A stretch of DNA of 64,000 nt from an uncultured bacterium (GTDB lineage Bacteria; Chlamydiota; Chlamydiia; Chlamydiales; FEN-1388). A program made the translations under genes and the position numbers. The first letter of the stretch is position 1. Each line of letters starts with the position of its first letter. Under the pieces are notes generated by a model, which was not told the origin of the DNA, searched no databases, and saw only the letters and a program-made list of their open reading frames with translations. Location: positions 37,589 to 101,588 of the forward strand of contig CAZEQY010000005.1 in NCBI GenBank assembly GCA_964514655.1, written 5' to 3'. This document shows, in pieces, positions 61,767 through 64,000 of this stretch.

Positions 61767-63026
61767 GAAGACTTCGCAGGTAGTCTTTAGAATTTCAAAG
61801 TACTCTCTTCGCTTTTTTGTAAGCTCTTGAATTACTTCAGCACTTCGTGGAGAGCTTCTTGGACTTAAAGGAACAAACTTTGATTGCGATGAAGCAAGTG
61901 TGCCTCTAACAGATAGTCCCCTCGGGGATGCTTGTCCTGTTGATTTTCTTAAAGATGGCCTTGGAGACACTGTCAATTGGCTAAATTCATTTTCAAGGGG
62001 CATTTGTATGCAGTCTATTTCGAGCAGCGTCAAAAAATCAGAAAGCGATGTAGCAAGTAGTTCACATTCTAAAAAAAATGTTCGTGTGTATGTTTGAATA
62101 AGATCGAGTGTTTCGTTTTTATATGACCGCTCGCGAAACTGCTTTGGCACTCTGTCCTTTGAAATGCGGGATAGAAAGAGTGCTTTATAACGAGAAAATG
62201 TGCCTTTACATGTATGCGGGCGCATTATACCGCTAGTAGCCATTTCAGTTTGTTTTGCAGCAAGGAGTATAGATAGCTGTTTTATTGTTCCACCAGAGAC
62301 GGCATTATTAAAGTTGGTAAGAACATCATAGAGGCTATTTATCCACACGATATTTCGAGAATCAGCCGCAAGTACACTAAGCGCCTCTTTATGCTTATGC
62401 AGCTCTCCTGCCTCTAAAGATATGCCGGCATCTTGTAAAATTGCGTTTCGTCTATTTTTTATAAGACTAGAGACTTCCATGGCAAATCTGCCTAAGGCTG
62501 ATCTTCCTCCTGATCGGTCGTCATCGCAGCATATATTTGCTTTACAAAGTGCTTCATCATCTGCACCGAGTATCTCTGTAACATCATTTTGGTGATACTG
62601 ACCATGAAGACCATTAAGAAATACCTGTAACCACCTATTTGCATATGTTGCATCATCTTCTTTTAACCGGACATAGCCGCAATCTTGTCCCGGATAGCGG
62701 CTTTCTAGCTCTTGCTGCAGGCATTTTGCCTCTTCTTCAAATTCTACGCGAAATCGCCTATCTTTATAGGCTTCTGGGTCTTTTTGTCTAAGAGCATCAG
62801 CTTCTACTGCCTCAAAGAGGCGTATTCTATCGCGTATTTGTTCTTCGTGCCTTTCGTTTGGTATCTGTTTTGCGTTGATAAAGGCCTGGCGCATCACGGC
62901 TTTATCGCCTATTGGGCAGTCGGCAAAAAAGCCAAAGAGCAGGTCGCGGTTACATCGCATGAATTCAAAGTATGCCTCCTCCTCTTTAAGAAACGATAGA
63001 GGTAGTGCGGCACCTTGGGGGATCAT
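61728..63026 (-). CDS. Orphan protein translationally coupled to pfp
   Basis: 432-aa ORF whose ATG overlaps the pfp stop by 4 bp. It has an S/R/P-rich segment, SPRPSLRKSTGQASPRGLSVRGTLASSQSKFVPLSPRSSPRS. Confidence 0.6.
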   Translation of the reverse strand: MIPQGAALPLSFLKEEEAYFEFMRCNRDLLFGFFADCPIGDKAVMRQAFINAKQIPNERHEEQIRDRIRLFEAVEADALRQKDPEAYKDRRFRVEFEEEAKCLQQELESRYPGQDCGYVRLKEDDATYANRWLQVFLNGLHGQYHQNDVTEILGADDEALCKANICCDDDRSGGRSALGRFAMEVSSLIKNRRNAILQDAGISLEAGELHKHKEALSVLAADSRNIVWINSLYDVLTNFNNAVSGGTIKQLSILLAAKQTEMATSGIMRPHTCKGTFSRYKALFLSRISKDRVPKQFRERSYKNETLDLIQTYTRTFFLECELLATSLSDFLTLLEIDCIQMPLENEFSQLTVSPRPSLRKSTGQASPRGLSVRGTLASSQSKFVPLSPRSSPRSAEVIQELTKKRREYFEILKTTCEVFSSIKPKSLQEGI

Positions 63027-64000
63027 GCGCCTTGCCTGTTGAGCTGTAGGCTTACAGGAACGCTGTCGGTGATCTCTTGCGGGCCAAAGTACTGTATGGC
63101 ACCAGGCTGGCGGTATTGGTCTTTAAGCCGCCACGATGTGCGGTTTTTGCTAAAGGTTGTAAAGGCCTTGCTTTGCAGGTCTACAAGGGCTTTTTGGATA
63201 ACGGTTTTTGCTTTGCCATCGCGCTCTTCTATAGTGAGCATGGAAACAAGCGGCGTAAGCTGTGGCTGCCACTCTTCTGTTCTCTTTGCAAGGCCTGTAA
63301 ATGAAGCAATGTAGCCTGATCGTTTGCGGGCGATGAGTAGTGCTGAGAGCCTTCCAAGGCTATAGCAGTAGTTTGCATCAAAGTTTGAGGGCATGCATGA
63401 GCGGCCTTCATAGCCACAGAATATAGGCTGGCAGGCAAATTTTATTGATGGATCAGTTCGCTTTAGCTGATCGAGTGTAAGCTGCATGAGCAGGCGCTCA
63501 GAGTCTATTTTAGACACCTGTACGTTGCCGTGTGGGTCGCGATCTATAAGCAGCTGTAGCTGTATTTCTCGCGGAAGTATCTCGTAGGCTTTTTGAGATT
63601 GAGGGCTAAGGTTTGATGCAACAAAGGTGATTTTTTCTTTATTATCAAAGATCTGGATAAGCTTTGCGGCGTTTTCTGTGCCGTGGGCTAAAAGCTTGTT
63701 AAGTTCTTTAATAAGCTGGCTAAAGTCCGGCATAAATTCAACAATGCCTTCCGGCACTAGTACAACGCCATAGTCAAAGCCAAGCTTTGAGCGGTCTTGA
63801 ACTAGGTCTACAAGCTGCTGCACAACATCGCCAAGATTCATCCGCTTTTGCATGATCTCTTCGCCAATAAGTGCGAGGTTTGGCTGAGTTTCTAGTGCGC
63901 ATTCTAGGGTGATGTGGGAGGCAGATCGCCCCATGAGCTTTATAAAGTAGTAGTATTTTTTAGCTGAAAGGCAGTCTCGGCAGATGTTGCCTATCGTTTC
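63023..64000 (-). CDS. pfp: Pyrophosphate-dependent phosphofructokinase, C-terminal part (5' end lies outside the window)
   Basis: KLMGRSASHITLECALETQPN is typical of PPi-PFKs, as are the long inserted helical domain and the FCGYEGRS context. The ORF stays open to the window edge. Confidence 0.8.
   Translation of the reverse strand, partial: ETIGNICRDCLSAKKYYYFIKLMGRSASHITLECALETQPNLALIGEEIMQKRMNLGDVVQQLVDLVQDRSKLGFDYGVVLVPEGIVEFMPDFSQLIKELNKLLAHGTENAAKLIQIFDNKEKITFVASNLSPQSQKAYEILPREIQLQLLIDRDPHGNVQVSKIDSERLLMQLTLDQLKRTDPSIKFACQPIFCGYEGRSCMPSNFDANYCYSLGRLSALLIARKRSGYIASFTGLAKRTEEWQPQLTPLVSMLTIEERDGKAKTVIQKALVDLQSKAFTTFSKNRTSWRLKDQYRQPGAIQYFGPQEITDSVPVSLQLNRQGA

Noticed and set aside
1-64000. 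Search for tRNA, rRNA, tmRNA, SRP or RNase P RNA genes in the intergenic regions
   Set aside because: I spotted no T-loop (GTTCGAATC-like) or cloverleaf candidates, and no conserved SRP or RNase P motifs by eye. The intergenic spacers other than those reported are short. This is a manual scan, so a covariance-model search could still find small RNAs.

Overview
This 64-kb chromosomal window is densely coding on both strands. Its gene content suggests a Chlamydia-related (environmental Chlamydiae/PVC) bacterium. That assignment is an inference from a PPi-type phosphofructokinase, a Pmp-like GGAI-motif surface protein, a PVC-type small basic protein, tandem DUF502 genes, Inc-like hydrophobic proteins and several eukaryote-like domains.

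Housekeeping backbone:
- AsmA/TamB-like protein (partial), Fe/Mn superoxide dismutase, ABC-F ATPase, pterin-4a-carbinolamine dehydratase, leuS.
- An RNA-metabolism run: rnr, 2x DUF502, small basic protein, ybeY, corC-like, rny.
- Ferredoxin plus an IscA-type fusion, rlmI, an MFS transporter and pfp (partial).
- An opp system in which oppA is separated from oppBCDF by a 7.6-kb block of orphan genes.

Accessory and unusual content:
1. A surface-protein island (14.3-23.2 kb). It holds a signal-peptide 2OG-Fe(II) oxygenase translationally coupled to a hyper-glycine Pmp-like protein, followed by three tandem paralogs of a secreted, cysteine-capped parallel beta-helix family.
2. A RAYT-like IS200/IS605-family Y1 transposase bracketed by structured 52-nt REP-like repeats.
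3. Two large palindromic non-coding elements. One supplies the 3' end of rny. The other sits between convergent genes inside the opp-splitting island.
4. Eukaryote-like candidate effectors: an OTU cysteine protease, a type-II-PI4K-like kinase, a Sel1-repeat protein and a G1 (eqolisin) peptidase.
5. An extreme Cys/Pro-rich secreted protein next to two signal-anchored glycosyltransferases.
6. A VapBC toxin-antitoxin pair.
7. A tightly coupled operon of large orphan alpha-helical proteins.

I recognised no rRNA, tRNA or CRISPR array. All homology statements come from motif recognition by eye, not from database searches.
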